Made by a program: the position numbers and the translations under genes
The notes under the pieces: model-generated
What the model saw: only the letters and a program-made list of their open reading frames with translations
What the model was told of the DNA's origin: nothing
Database searches by the model: none
DNA from: Candidatus Helarchaeota archaeon
Lineage (GTDB): Archaea > Asgardarchaeota > Lokiarchaeia > Helarchaeales > RDOG01
Direction of reading: 5' to 3'
NCBI GenBank assembly: GCA_019058315.1
Contig: JAHPZH010000004.1
Coordinates: forward strand, 160,001-224,000
Length of the DNA stretch: 64,000 nt
Part shown: in pieces, positions 9,159-20,162 of the stretch
How positions within the stretch are numbered: position 1 is the first letter of the stretch
Layout of the letters: each line of letters starts with the position of its first letter

Positions 9159-11441
9159 TTATTGTTTAGTTTTAGACTTCTTATTACTTTTTTTCGTTTT
9201 TTTTGCCTTTTTGGATTTTTTAGTCTTTTTATTTTCTTTTGATTCTTTTTCTTTTTTACCTTTTTCAGTTTTTTTTACCATTTCTTCAGCGGTTTTATCT
9301 TTTTCAGTTTCTTTTTCTTTATCTTTAACCTGTTTTTTTGATTTAGCAGGTTTTTTTGGATGTTGAGTCCAATTCACACAAGTATTAAATGGTCTTCTTC
9401 CTGGTAATCGCAAGTTCAACATTGGATATTTTATATTAAAAGTTTCATAACAATATTTACAAAACTTATCTCGAATTGGAGTAATTTTACCCTTTTGGGC
9501 AACTGGAAAGGAATTTGTACAATCTGGATAATTCGAGCAACCTATAAATCTTTTCTTCGTAGTCTTTGATCTAATAATTCTTAACTCTCCATCACATTTT
9601 GTACATTTTCCAATTAATCTTTTTTCACGTAAAGTTGTTATAACAGATTCTGCAAGGAATTCTCCTATTTCTTTCTCTTTCTTTTTAAAATCATCTAAAA
9701 TAGGTCCAAGTGTTCTTCTAACTGATAAAAGGACATCTTCACGATTCCTTTTTTCTTGTTCAATTTCATCCATCTCATTTTCTAACTGACGTGTAAGTGA
9801 AGTAGATAGAATATCTGGGCAATAATTTCTAAGAGTACGTACTACTTCTTGCCCTAAATCCGTAATTTCGATAGATTTTCCCCAAATATATCCACGTTGG
9901 TATAAAATATCAATTATATTTGCCCTCGTTGCTTTAGTTCCAATTTCGTGTTTTTCCATTAATTTTCTAAGTGAATTTGGATTAAGTCTTGATGGTGATG
10001 AATCAAATTTTTCATTTAGATTAATGTTAAAAGGTATTTTTTGACCAATTGTTAATTTTGGGAGTAAAATTTCCTTAGTTTTTGAATATGGGTAGAATTC
10101 TAACCATCCCTCCTCCAAGATTTGCCTCCCTCTAAGGTAGAACGTATGACCATTAACAGCTATATGAGTCTTTATGCTTTTAATTTTTGCCGGATCTGCA
10201 AAAATAGCAAAAAATCGTCTAACAATTAATTCATAAATTTTTTCTTCGACGCTTGATAATGTTTTTGGTAAATCTCCTGTCGGTAGAACTGGAGGGTGGG
10301 CAGGATCTGTTTTTTTTCCTTGTGTTGGGACTAATTGCTTTAGCGATAATATTTTATTTGCATGAGTTGAAAATTTTGTTGATTTTTCTAATGAATTTAA
10401 AATCGTCTTTACATCAATATCCGGTGGGATAATTTCATTTGATGTTCGTGGGTAACTTATTAGACCAGATAGATATAACCGTTCACTAATTTTTAAAGTT
10501 TGTGATGGAGTATAACCAAAATAATTGTATGAATCTGTCTGTAAATGGCTTAAATTAAATGGTGCTGGGGGTTTTCTGCTCATTTCTCTTTCTTCAATGT
10601 TTGTAATTTCCCCATCCTTACCTTTACATTCAGAAATTATCTTCTCTGCTTCTTTCTTATATTTTATACGTTTTGAAGAATATTCTATCTCAAATTTTTT
10701 AGTTCCGATTTTGGCCTTTCCTTCAATTGTCCAATAAGGTTTTGGAACAAAACTTTGAATTTTTCTCTCTCTTTCTTCTATAAAGGTTAATGTAGGACCT
10801 TGTACACGTCCAATGCTCAATAAATAAAATTTAAGGAGATCTGTGCTTTTTACTGCAGAAACCAAAGCGATAGAAAGGTTGATTCCATAAATAAAATCGA
10901 CTTCGTGACGTGTAAGTCCCGCTTCAATCAAATTATAATCTAAGCTCGGAAGTAAATTATCATATGCATTTAAAATTCCTTTTTGAGTTAAGGTTGAAAA
11001 TTTCATTCTTTTTGCTGTTTCATCTGATTTAGGTGGGCAACAAAATTTTAAGATATTATAACCTATGGTAGACCCCTCCAAATCATAATCACAGGCGTTA
11101 ATAAATGTTTTACAGTTTTTAGATAATTTTTCAATAAATTCTATAAAAGGTTTTGTGTGTTTTGCTTTCTTATCTTTTATATATGAGGCAATCCATTTCG
11201 TATCCCAAAAAGGATATTCCCATTTGTTTTCTTCATCTTGTCTCTCCACCGTAAATAAATGTCCAATACCCGATACGATTAATATGTCCTCATTATTTCT
11301 TCTCGCTTGATAAAAAGTTACCTTATTTTCTATTAATTTCTTTGGCTTTCCTGACTCATCTAATATTTTTGAAATTTTTACACATGCTGTGGGTTTTTCA
11401 CAAATTATTAATTTTGAATATGTGGTAGCCATTTCAATCAA
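9159..11441 (-). CDS. topA: DNA topoisomerase type IA (archaeal Topo I/III)
   Basis: ICEKP, ACDYDLEG (TOPRIM), SIGRVQGPTL, catalytic ISYPRT, C-terminal Zn ribbons and Lys-rich tail. Likely start ATG 11432. Confidence 0.95.
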   Translation of the reverse strand: MIEMATTYSKLIICEKPTACVKISKILDESGKPKKLIENKVTFYQARRNNEDILIVSGIGHLFTVERQDEENKWEYPFWDTKWIASYIKDKKAKHTKPFIEFIEKLSKNCKTFINACDYDLEGSTIGYNILKFCCPPKSDETAKRMKFSTLTQKGILNAYDNLLPSLDYNLIEAGLTRHEVDFIYGINLSIALVSAVKSTDLLKFYLLSIGRVQGPTLTFIEERERKIQSFVPKPYWTIEGKAKIGTKKFEIEYSSKRIKYKKEAEKIISECKGKDGEITNIEEREMSRKPPAPFNLSHLQTDSYNYFGYTPSQTLKISERLYLSGLISYPRTSNEIIPPDIDVKTILNSLEKSTKFSTHANKILSLKQLVPTQGKKTDPAHPPVLPTGDLPKTLSSVEEKIYELIVRRFFAIFADPAKIKSIKTHIAVNGHTFYLRGRQILEEGWLEFYPYSKTKEILLPKLTIGQKIPFNINLNEKFDSSPSRLNPNSLRKLMEKHEIGTKATRANIIDILYQRGYIWGKSIEITDLGQEVVRTLRNYCPDILSTSLTRQLENEMDEIEQEKRNREDVLLSVRRTLGPILDDFKKKEKEIGEFLAESVITTLREKRLIGKCTKCDGELRIIRSKTTKKRFIGCSNYPDCTNSFPVAQKGKITPIRDKFCKYCYETFNIKYPMLNLRLPGRRPFNTCVNWTQHPKKPAKSKKQVKDKEKETEKDKTAEEMVKKTEKGKKEKESKENKKTKKSKKAKKTKKSNKKSKTKQ

Positions 11442-11476
11442 GCTCCAATAAAGTCATATAAATTATTGAATTAAAT

Positions 11477-12280
11477 TCATTTTAATTCTTTGTTAATTAA
11501 ATTTTCCAATTCATTAAATTGTACATTTCTAATTCCCCTTATTTTATCTTTAGCGCCAGTTAAATTAAAAATAGTGGCATCAGACCATGTACTTACCCAC
11601 TTTATTAATGATTTTGCAATCTTTAATTTCCTTATTTTTATCTTATTTGCAACAATATCTTTTTTTAATGAAGGTTTAGAGAATTTACCTACAATATTTC
11701 CAAAATCAAATCCAACCAAAAAAATCCTTTTTGCTTTGAAATATTCTGCAATGAAGACTCCTCTATCTCCATCTGTAAAACCTCCAAAATTCTTAACATT
11801 CTCAAGTGGTCTCGTTTGTGTTGTACCAATAATCTTTTTGAATTTTGGAACATATTTTTTTAAAAATGGAATATTGTCGCCATGAGCATGAACAAAACTA
11901 ATGGTTCTTTTATCATTAGCATTTAAAAGATCAATAATATCTCCATCTAAATCTGTAACGCTAATTTGAGGATATAAATGATGTTTGATAAGTGCGGAAA
12001 TTGAACCATTTGCTGCAATATTTATTATTTTTTTGTCAAATATATTCAATTCCATTAAATCTTCAATATTTTTTTCTAAAGAAGGACCACATCCATAAAC
12101 GAATATATTTTGATTTGAAATAAGGGAATTGACTTCATTCAAAATGTTTGATGTATCTCTAGATTCCAATAGGTCGTCCAGTAATTTGGCAGCTTTTTCA
12201 TCTTTTAAAAAATTTAATTTTAATTCTTTCTTAATTTTTTTATACCATGGTTTCCAAGTATCCCAATTCGTCTGGAACAC
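11477..12280 (-). CDS. mptE: 6-hydroxymethyl-7,8-dihydropterin pyrophosphokinase (DUF115)
   Basis: GCGPSL, VTDLDG, HAHGDN, GTTQ, NFGGFTDGDR, GFDFG. Confidence 0.9.
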   Translation of the reverse strand: MFQTNWDTWKPWYKKIKKELKLNFLKDEKAAKLLDDLLESRDTSNILNEVNSLISNQNIFVYGCGPSLEKNIEDLMELNIFDKKIINIAANGSISALIKHHLYPQISVTDLDGDIIDLLNANDKRTISFVHAHGDNIPFLKKYVPKFKKIIGTTQTRPLENVKNFGGFTDGDRGVFIAEYFKAKRIFLVGFDFGNIVGKFSKPSLKKDIVANKIKIRKLKIAKSLIKWVSTWSDATIFNLTGAKDKIRGIRNVQFNELENLINKELK

Positions 12281-12405
12281 TCCCGATTTTATTATTAGTT
12301 TTTAATTAAAGATTTAAAATAGTTTGGATGTAAAAAGTTTTATTAACATAATTTTGAATTTTTGCATAAAAGGAAAAAGAAAGATTTATTCAAAGTGAAA
12401 TTTTA

Positions 12406-13530
12406 ATGGATAAATCAAAAATTAGAAAATTAGGTCTCATCGTCAATCCCATTGCGGGAATTGGAGGAAAAGTCGGTTTAAAAGGTTCTGATAGTAAAGA
12501 GATTTTGGAAAAAGCACTTAAATTAGGGGCTAAACCCATCTCTCCAATAAGAACACGAGAATTTTTGAAACATTTAAATCCCGTTAAGACTGCAATTACA
12601 ATTATTTGTTATCCAAAGGAAATGGGAGAAGATATTGTTCGAGAATGTGGATTTACACCTGAAGTAATTGGAAAAATCGAAGAAGGAAAGACTATGGCCA
12701 AAGATACAAAAAAGGCTGCTCTGGAAATGCGCGATTTAGGAGTTAAATTAATTGCCTTTGTAGGTGGGGATGGTACTGCTCGAGATATATTTGATTCAAT
12801 TGATCAAACTATTCCTGTTCTTGGAATACCGAGCGGTGTAAAAATATATAGTAGCTGTTTCGCTATAAACCCGAGATCTGCGGCCAGAATTTGTATGAAA
12901 TTCCTATGGGAGGAATTACCAGTTAGAAAAGGTGAAGTATTAGATATTGACGAAGAAAAATATCGTGAACAAAAGCTAGATATTAAATTTTATGGCAACC
13001 TACACGTTCCTTATGAACCAACTTTAATCCAAGATAGTAAAATGGCTAGTCCATTTACGACAAATGAACATGAAAATCAAATAGGAATTGCACACCAAAT
13101 AATTGAAGAAATGGATGATAAAACAATCTATATTTTAGGACCCGGAACTACTGTTATGGCAATAAATGAAGTATTGGGAGAAGAAAAATCTTTATTAGGT
13201 GTAGATTTAATACAAAATAGAAAAATTATCGCTTTGGATGTTGGTGAAAAACAAATATTAGACATTATTAGAAATAAAAATGCAAAAATCATAATTTCAC
13301 CCTTAGGTCGTCAAGGTATCTTATTTGGTCGAGGTAATCAGCAAATTAGTCCTAATGTAATTCGAGAGGTTGGCATTAAAAATTTAATTATTCTCGCTAC
13401 ACGGTATAAATTAAGGACTATTAACCATTTTAGGGTCGATACTCAAGATCCAAAATTGGATGAAGAATTAAAAGGTTATATCCGTGTTGTTGTTGATTAT
13501 AATGAATTAAGAATGATGAAAGTCGAATAA
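12406..13530 (+). CDS. ATP-NAD kinase / AcoX-like kinase family protein
   Basis: NPIAGIGG..GLKGSD, GGDGTARD, GIPSGVK, GRGNQQ. Confidence 0.9.
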   Translation: MDKSKIRKLGLIVNPIAGIGGKVGLKGSDSKEILEKALKLGAKPISPIRTREFLKHLNPVKTAITIICYPKEMGEDIVRECGFTPEVIGKIEEGKTMAKDTKKAALEMRDLGVKLIAFVGGDGTARDIFDSIDQTIPVLGIPSGVKIYSSCFAINPRSAARICMKFLWEELPVRKGEVLDIDEEKYREQKLDIKFYGNLHVPYEPTLIQDSKMASPFTTNEHENQIGIAHQIIEEMDDKTIYILGPGTTVMAINEVLGEEKSLLGVDLIQNRKIIALDVGEKQILDIIRNKNAKIIISPLGRQGILFGRGNQQISPNVIREVGIKNLIILATRYKLRTINHFRVDTQDPKLDEELKGYIRVVVDYNELRMMKVE

Positions 13531-13737
13531 TAGGATATTTGTTTTTGATATGGTAAAAAAACTATTTGATTTAAAGATATTATATTTTTAATTTGAGGGT
13601 TTTATTAATAAAGCTCATTTATGAATTGAATAAAAGAAAAAAAATAAAGGACTTTACCAAAATTCTTTAATAAATTTAATAATAATTAGAATTAAATTAA
13701 AAACCATATTACAGTCGTTTCCTAGGAAGAACTTATT

Positions 13738-16700
13738 TTGGGTAAGACTACACGCAAAGTCAAGAACGTTTTCAAGAGTGTATTCCATCGTCCAACAGTT
13801 CATGTTGGAAAAGAAAACATATTACTTGGGATTTTATTAATTTGTATTGTAATTTTAGCTTTTATGGTCAGAATATTCCCAATACTTTATTCTTATCCAA
13901 TTCTTAAAGCATTTGACCCATATATTCAATATACTATTACTCAATATATAGTAGAAAACGGTTATCTTTCTTTATTTACATGGATTAATCAACAAGCGTG
14001 GTATCCGATCGGCTATCGAATGTACAAATTCTTACCAGGCACACCATATATGGCAGCTACATTATATCACATTCTACATTTTTTTGGAGTAAATACCACT
14101 CTATGGGAAACAGTTATTATATTTCCCGCCGTAATGGGGACTGCTTCAACTGTATTAATGTTTTTTTTAGGGGATGTGGTAGGAAATAGAAAAACTGGAT
14201 TATTAGCATCATTTCTACTTGCATTAAGTCCAGCATACCTTCAAAGAACTGTTGCTGGGTTTTTTGATAACGAAACCGTAGGGATTTTCTTTATTATATG
14301 GGTTTTATTTTTCTTCGTACGTGCTTTAAAAAATGATTCATTAATATCTGCATTAATTTCAGGATTAGGACTCGGAGCTTTAATGTGTTCTTGGGGCGCG
14401 TACACATATATTATCGATTTATTACCATTGACAGCTTTATTGTTAATATTAATGAAGAAATACTCTCGTCGCTTACTAATTAATTATTCGATTACTATTG
14501 GTGTTGGGATTTTTATCGGAACACGATTTCCTGTTAATACTATTAGTATATTTTATGATATTACAATATTAATTCCTCTGGGAATGGTAGGTCTACTTTT
14601 TCTATGTGAAATATACCAAAGATGGAAAAATTCTCAGGCAATTATGACTCTCCAAGCAAATTGGAGGAAAATTCTTGGGTATTTTCTCGGAGGAATAATC
14701 GTATTATTAGGACTTTTATGGTTAACTGATACATTAAATGCCTTTTTAAAACTAATGGAAGGTTTGCCTTTCGTAGGGATTGGTGGGAGAAATCTTGCAG
14801 TTTTAAACCCATTATCAGCAGCCTTTATAACTCAATCAGTAGGAGAACACCTTCCTTCTCCATGGAGTGTTTATTATTATAATTTACATATATTATTGAT
14901 TATATTACCCATTGGATTCTTTTTCCTATTTAAAAGACTACGGGAAGAGGATTTACTGATTATTTTATTTGGAATTACAACTTTATATTTTTCTGGTTCT
15001 TTTATAAGACTTCTTTTAATTCTTGCACCTTCTGCATCATTAATTAGTGCATTTGGTCTAACAAGTTTACTTAAACCATTTTCACAAATTTTTAGAAAGA
15101 AATATGTTCTTGTTAGACGAAGAAAAAGGTACGCAAACCTAATTAATAGACAATCTAGCGTAGGAGTATTCGCATTAGTAGGATTTTTATTGATTTTATA
15201 TTCAATTCACGGAATATATACATCAGGATACCAACTTTCTGGGTCTGCTATGCAACCAGCGGGATTACATGATTGGGAAGAAACTTGGTCATGGATGAGG
15301 TCTTCTTTACCTCCCGGTACTGTTGTTTGTTCTTGGTGGGACTATGGTTACTGGATTACTAAAGCAGGTAACCAAACTTCAAACGCTGATAATGGTACTA
15401 TTAATGCTACACAGATTGCGCTTATCGGCAGAATGTTTATGGCTAATGACGAGCTAGAATCAATAAAAATATTAAAGATGTTAGGTTCCGATTATGTGTT
15501 AGTACATTGGGGTTATTATACTGGAATTGGTGGTGATGAAGGTAAATGGGTCTGGATGCTTAAGATTGGTTACGAAAATCCAATATTAAATTTAATAACA
15601 TATCCATTAATCATCTGGGATTATTACAATGAAGAAACTGGTCTACCTAACGGTACCTTCTTTCAATCAACCATCTGGAAAATGTTAACTTGTGGAGAAC
15701 TTTTCTTTCCAGATACGGATGCATATAGCGAGATTCAACAAAATTACTTATATTCCACTTTTCACTACCGAATGCATACAAACGTTGACGCGAGAGGAAA
15801 ATTATGGAAAGATCGTTTTCCTTTCGATGATCCTGCAAACAATTTCAAAGAAGTTGGCGGATTTGACCACCAAGCATATGAAATAAGATATAATGGTTTA
15901 GATGCACCAATTGCTGGATTGAGATACTTTGATGTGGCGTTCTTTTCAACAAATCATTTGGTAAAGGTATATAAAATAAATTATGAATTAGCTGCTTTAC
16001 AAGCTAAAATAAATGATATCTCTCTTTATAATAACGGAATTTCAACATTAAAATTGGAGAATACGGGTGAAACACCATTTAAAGTAACTTCAATTAAAAT
16101 TGGAAATAATGAAATTACTACTGGAAATATTACTCTTCTATCCGGACCAGATACAGATAATGTTTCAATAGGAGATGAATTGTTAATTAGGACAGTGGGT
16201 GAACCTCTTCCAGTTAATTCTACACAAACTATTCAAATAACAATTGAAGATCTTTCTGATCCAACATTAACAAATCCACATATATATGCTTCTAAAAAAG
16301 TGGAAGAACCACCTACTTATAATATGACTATTATTCCCAACCAGACAGTTATTTATAGTAATGAAACTGCCTTTATTACAGTCAAAAACACAAATAGCAG
16401 TCTAATTAAAATTGATGAAATAACCTTTGATGAAATCATAAATGGAACTGTATCAGATTCAGTTACCTTTGAATCTGGAGAATTTACATATATGAATGGA
16501 AGTAGTCCCATAGTAATAAATGGAAATGAAACCACAAAGATTATGATTAACTCCACTTATATGACTGCACCCGGAAAATTTGTTAATCTTGCCCCTAACT
16601 CCTTATATAACATTACAGTTAGAGCTAAATATGAAAACCTAACTCGAGTTATACAAAAATCAGTAATCTCTAATACATCGTGTCTAACATTGCTAAATGC

Positions 16701-18609
16701 CTCCGCTTATGGAAATGAAACTGTCTTTTTTACAGTAAATAATACAGGATCAACTGCTGTTACTATTGATAAAGTCTATTTAGGTGTTCCATATTTCAAT
16801 TACTATACATCTCCTAGTATAGGCGATGGTTATGTATTAAATAGAGGAGAAATTCAAAATTTTTCTGTTAAATGGTATCCAGAACACGAAAAATTGAATT
16901 TAAATGCTTCAGAGACATTATTTTTAAATATCACTACAGATGAGACGCTTGATATAGAAGCTACAAACTATGAATTTATAACAATCGCACAACCACCTGG
17001 ATATGCCGTAAATATTACTGATGAAGCATATTCAAATGAGACACTTTATGTAAATGTAAAAAATATAGGTAATTATACAATTGAAGTAAGCGATTTTTAT
17101 ACCGATAACATTCCAACAACTGATTTTATACCACTTAATAGTACTAATAATATGTTAGATCCTGGAGATACTACTCGATTTCGAGTACATACCACATATA
17201 ATCTAAATTATACTGACGAACCAGAAGTAGGTGTTAGGACTTTCGAAGGAGCAGAAAGTGGAATAACTGTATTTGTAAACTATAGCGGTAATGTAAATAT
17301 CATTGATGCTGAAGCGGATATTGCAGGTTTTGCAATAGTTAATGTCAACAACACTGGAAATTCGCAATTAATTATAAAAGACTTTAGAATTATTACACCA
17401 ACAGAATATATCATAGAACCTGAAGACTTTTCACCCAACGATGCAGCTGGAATTATTTTGAATCCCTCGGAAAATCAGACTTATAATTTGACTTTACCAT
17501 CAGAAATTGCAGAAGCTACTAGCTTGCGTCTATTAATTAATGTTACAACTTGGGAAGGAGCTTATAATTTAGAGAATCTAACTTGGAACGTTGGAATTCA
17601 AGTAGAAAACGTATATGTCATCGATAATGGAACTATTAAACTAAATGTAACAAATATTGGACGTAATAATGTAACAATTTATCAAATGAAAGTAAACCAA
17701 ACCGAAACCTATTGGGCGAATATTACTACAAATATGACTATAACTCCTGCAGGTGCATTTCTTGAAGTAGGTCAAAGTAAGATAATAAATGTGACTTATA
17801 ATAACATGAATTTTAGTAATTATGTATTGCTAAATGTTTCAGCAAATTATACGTCAGATGAATCTGATTTAGTCTATGCCTCACCCCTAACAGAGAATGG
17901 ATATTTATTTGTACTTTCACAGACTGAAAATCTTACGATTTTAAAAGATTTCCCCTATTCATTAGTTGTTGATAATGGCACATTTGATACTAAAACTGCA
18001 AATGATACGATTAAAATAACAGTAATGAATACAGGTGCTCAAAATATTACTATTGATACGTTTGATTTATATAATAGTAGTTCATGGCTAGGATTTGGTT
18101 TTACAGATTTATTGGGAGTTTTAAGTAATAAAAACTATACATTAGAACCTTATGATTCTGTTACCTTTGTTAATACTACTATTAATAATAAAAATAAAAC
18201 TAGCTATATTGAACTTAATGCCACTAATATATTACCTATTCGAATAAATACTACAAACAATGTAGTAGATTCATTTAACTTTACAATAGTCTATAATGAA
18301 GCAAATATCACAATCCAACCATGGCCTTTAACATATGCGGATGCAAATAATGAAAAAATCAATGCGACTATTACAAATTATGGAGATAGTATATTAACTT
18401 TAACAAGAATAGAAGTTAATGATGATGCACAAGATACAGTAAACGAGACTGATTTTGTAGACTTACCTCGCACTTTATTACCTGGGCAGACTAGAATTTA
18501 TATGTTGACTCCTCAAGGTGGTATTTCTAATGGAACTACATATACTATAGAAGTATATACAAATGATCCTTTCACAAATACATTAAGAGACATTATAGGA
18601 CTTGAATGA
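13738..18609 (+). CDS. aglB: Oligosaccharyltransferase AglB/STT3 with ~870-aa C-terminal Ig-like extension
   Basis: FDPY, FDNE, SVGEH, WWDYG, DNGTIN, DEGKWVWM motifs; multi-TM N-terminus; sequon-rich beta-repeat tail. Confidence 0.95.
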   Translation: MGKTTRKVKNVFKSVFHRPTVHVGKENILLGILLICIVILAFMVRIFPILYSYPILKAFDPYIQYTITQYIVENGYLSLFTWINQQAWYPIGYRMYKFLPGTPYMAATLYHILHFFGVNTTLWETVIIFPAVMGTASTVLMFFLGDVVGNRKTGLLASFLLALSPAYLQRTVAGFFDNETVGIFFIIWVLFFFVRALKNDSLISALISGLGLGALMCSWGAYTYIIDLLPLTALLLILMKKYSRRLLINYSITIGVGIFIGTRFPVNTISIFYDITILIPLGMVGLLFLCEIYQRWKNSQAIMTLQANWRKILGYFLGGIIVLLGLLWLTDTLNAFLKLMEGLPFVGIGGRNLAVLNPLSAAFITQSVGEHLPSPWSVYYYNLHILLIILPIGFFFLFKRLREEDLLIILFGITTLYFSGSFIRLLLILAPSASLISAFGLTSLLKPFSQIFRKKYVLVRRRKRYANLINRQSSVGVFALVGFLLILYSIHGIYTSGYQLSGSAMQPAGLHDWEETWSWMRSSLPPGTVVCSWWDYGYWITKAGNQTSNADNGTINATQIALIGRMFMANDELESIKILKMLGSDYVLVHWGYYTGIGGDEGKWVWMLKIGYENPILNLITYPLIIWDYYNEETGLPNGTFFQSTIWKMLTCGELFFPDTDAYSEIQQNYLYSTFHYRMHTNVDARGKLWKDRFPFDDPANNFKEVGGFDHQAYEIRYNGLDAPIAGLRYFDVAFFSTNHLVKVYKINYELAALQAKINDISLYNNGISTLKLENTGETPFKVTSIKIGNNEITTGNITLLSGPDTDNVSIGDELLIRTVGEPLPVNSTQTIQITIEDLSDPTLTNPHIYASKKVEEPPTYNMTIIPNQTVIYSNETAFITVKNTNSSLIKIDEITFDEIINGTVSDSVTFESGEFTYMNGSSPIVINGNETTKIMINSTYMTAPGKFVNLAPNSLYNITVRAKYENLTRVIQKSVISNTSCLTLLNASAYGNETVFFTVNNTGSTAVTIDKVYLGVPYFNYYTSPSIGDGYVLNRGEIQNFSVKWYPEHEKLNLNASETLFLNITTDETLDIEATNYEFITIAQPPGYAVNITDEAYSNETLYVNVKNIGNYTIEVSDFYTDNIPTTDFIPLNSTNNMLDPGDTTRFRVHTTYNLNYTDEPEVGVRTFEGAESGITVFVNYSGNVNIIDAEADIAGFAIVNVNNTGNSQLIIKDFRIITPTEYIIEPEDFSPNDAAGIILNPSENQTYNLTLPSEIAEATSLRLLINVTTWEGAYNLENLTWNVGIQVENVYVIDNGTIKLNVTNIGRNNVTIYQMKVNQTETYWANITTNMTITPAGAFLEVGQSKIINVTYNNMNFSNYVLLNVSANYTSDESDLVYASPLTENGYLFVLSQTENLTILKDFPYSLVVDNGTFDTKTANDTIKITVMNTGAQNITIDTFDLYNSSSWLGFGFTDLLGVLSNKNYTLEPYDSVTFVNTTINNKNKTSYIELNATNILPIRINTTNNVVDSFNFTIVYNEANITIQPWPLTYADANNEKINATITNYGDSILTLTRIEVNDDAQDTVNETDFVDLPRTLLPGQTRIYMLTPQGGISNGTTYTIEVYTNDPFTNTLRDIIGLE

Positions 18610-18692
18610 GATTTTTTTAATACTATAATCTACTAAAATTTATTTTTTTTTAAAAGTCCATTTAAGAACTAGATATTAATTATACAAGGAAG

Positions 18693-19547
18693 TTAGGCAA
18701 GTGCCTTTTTAGAAAAACTTCCTTCTCCACCAGAACTTTTTATTGAGTCTAACGCAACTTGAGCGGCAGCATTTAAATTTTTTTCAGCAATTTTATAGGT
18801 TTTTGCTCTTATTTCAACACGATATTTTGGTGTTCCATCCAAGAATATATCAATTTCGGTATTGGGTTCGGTGGGAATTTCTAGAGCCTTAATAAGTGCA
18901 TTTTTTATCTTTTCAACACCATCTGAATCATAGGATCGGAGCTCTAAGATTCCAGCAACTTTCACTAAAGGAGTTTCAACTTGAGTTTTTGCTAATTTTA
19001 ATATAATTGGTAGCCAATCTTCTGAAATCTTTAAGTTATCTAAAGTAGACTCTCCTTTCGCTTTAATTTCTTCAAATCCACTAAAAACACTTGTAAATTT
19101 TTTTTCAAGAATCACTCCAAATTCATTATATGCATCTTCTATGGTTTTAGCTTCACCAGTCTTTGAATATTCTTCAGCAGCCATTTTTAATAGAATTTCA
19201 GCTTTTTGGGTACGTTTCCATGATTGAATTTTCTCTTTTTTATCTTGTTGAGAGACCCGACGAAGTGATAAATCAATATGACCTTTATGAGTATTTACTC
19301 TAAGAACTCTAGCGACTACTTTTTGCTTTTCCCGAACAAATCTCCTGATATTCCGTATCCAACTACTTGAAATTTCGCTGATATGAATTAGTCCCTCTTT
19401 TCCTGAATATTCATCTAATGATACATAAGCCCCATGTCTTTCAACGCGAGCAACGGTTCCTACAACAAGATCATTTACGCTAGGCCACTCTTTTTTCCAA
19501 AAACTAGGTTGTTTAACCACTTTTTTTCCTTTCGGCAAATAACTCAC
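18693..19547 (-). CDS. eif2a: Translation initiation factor 2 alpha subunit
   Basis: S1 domain GAYVSLDEY..EGLIHISEISS..IRNIR, IDLSLRRV; context next to S27e. Confidence 0.95.
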   Translation of the reverse strand: MSYLPKGKKVVKQPSFWKKEWPSVNDLVVGTVARVERHGAYVSLDEYSGKEGLIHISEISSSWIRNIRRFVREKQKVVARVLRVNTHKGHIDLSLRRVSQQDKKEKIQSWKRTQKAEILLKMAAEEYSKTGEAKTIEDAYNEFGVILEKKFTSVFSGFEEIKAKGESTLDNLKISEDWLPIILKLAKTQVETPLVKVAGILELRSYDSDGVEKIKNALIKALEIPTEPNTEIDIFLDGTPKYRVEIRAKTYKIAEKNLNAAAQVALDSIKSSGGEGSFSKKALA

Positions 19548-19553
19548 AAAAAA

Positions 19554-19751
19554 TTATGTTAATACAGAAATTATCTGAGTTTTTATTTTAGCTTTACTTC
19601 CTCGGGGTTGGGTTAACACTTTATCGCATACTAGACACCGCACAATAGTGCTTGCACACCCAAAAATGATTTGTTCGGTTCCACAATCCAAACACTTTAC
19701 TCTTAAAAACCGACTTTTAGGTTGAGGAACGATTTGTTCAAATTTTTCCAT
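19554..19751 (-). CDS. rps27e: 30S ribosomal protein S27e
   Basis: PKSRFLRVKCLDC...C..C Zn ribbon. Confidence 0.95.
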   Translation of the reverse strand: MEKFEQIVPQPKSRFLRVKCLDCGTEQIIFGCASTIVRCLVCDKVLTQPRGSKAKIKTQIISVLT

Positions 19752-19784
19752 AAAAACTTACACCAATATAAATTTTAAAATAAA

Positions 19785-20060
19785 TTAAATAAATTCCAAA
19801 CGTTTTAAGCGTACACTTCTCATGTATCTCATTCGACCGCATTCTTTACATTTGATTCTAGGAGTTAATTTTTTAGTATTTTTAGCAAAACGCTGTTGAA
19901 TCGGTTTGGGCTGGCCACCATAACCTTTTTTCTTTCTTTCATATCTTCTTGCCCCTTGCGTCATGTTACTATCTCTACTTTTCTTATACAAACTAACCGA
20001 ATGCACTGTATATTTATTACAACGGGGACAGTATTTATTTAATTCTTTTTTCATCTTCAT
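19785..20060 (-). CDS. rpl44e: 50S ribosomal protein L44e
   Basis: YCPRC, GYGGQ, CKECG. Confidence 0.95.
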   Translation of the reverse strand: MKMKKELNKYCPRCNKYTVHSVSLYKKSRDSNMTQGARRYERKKKGYGGQPKPIQQRFAKNTKKLTPRIKCKECGRMRYMRSVRLKRLEFI

Positions 20061-20162
20061 TATTAATTACCGATCTTTAAAATGAAAGTTGAAAATATTT
20101 CTTATACATTTAAACTTCTTTTTACTTTTTAAAAATTGGCTTTTATAATATTCTTTGGAATT

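Noticed and set aside
9159-9360. T-rich low-complexity tract as a DNA repeat or terminator array
   Set aside because: It encodes the Lys/Glu-rich C-terminal tail of topoisomerase I.
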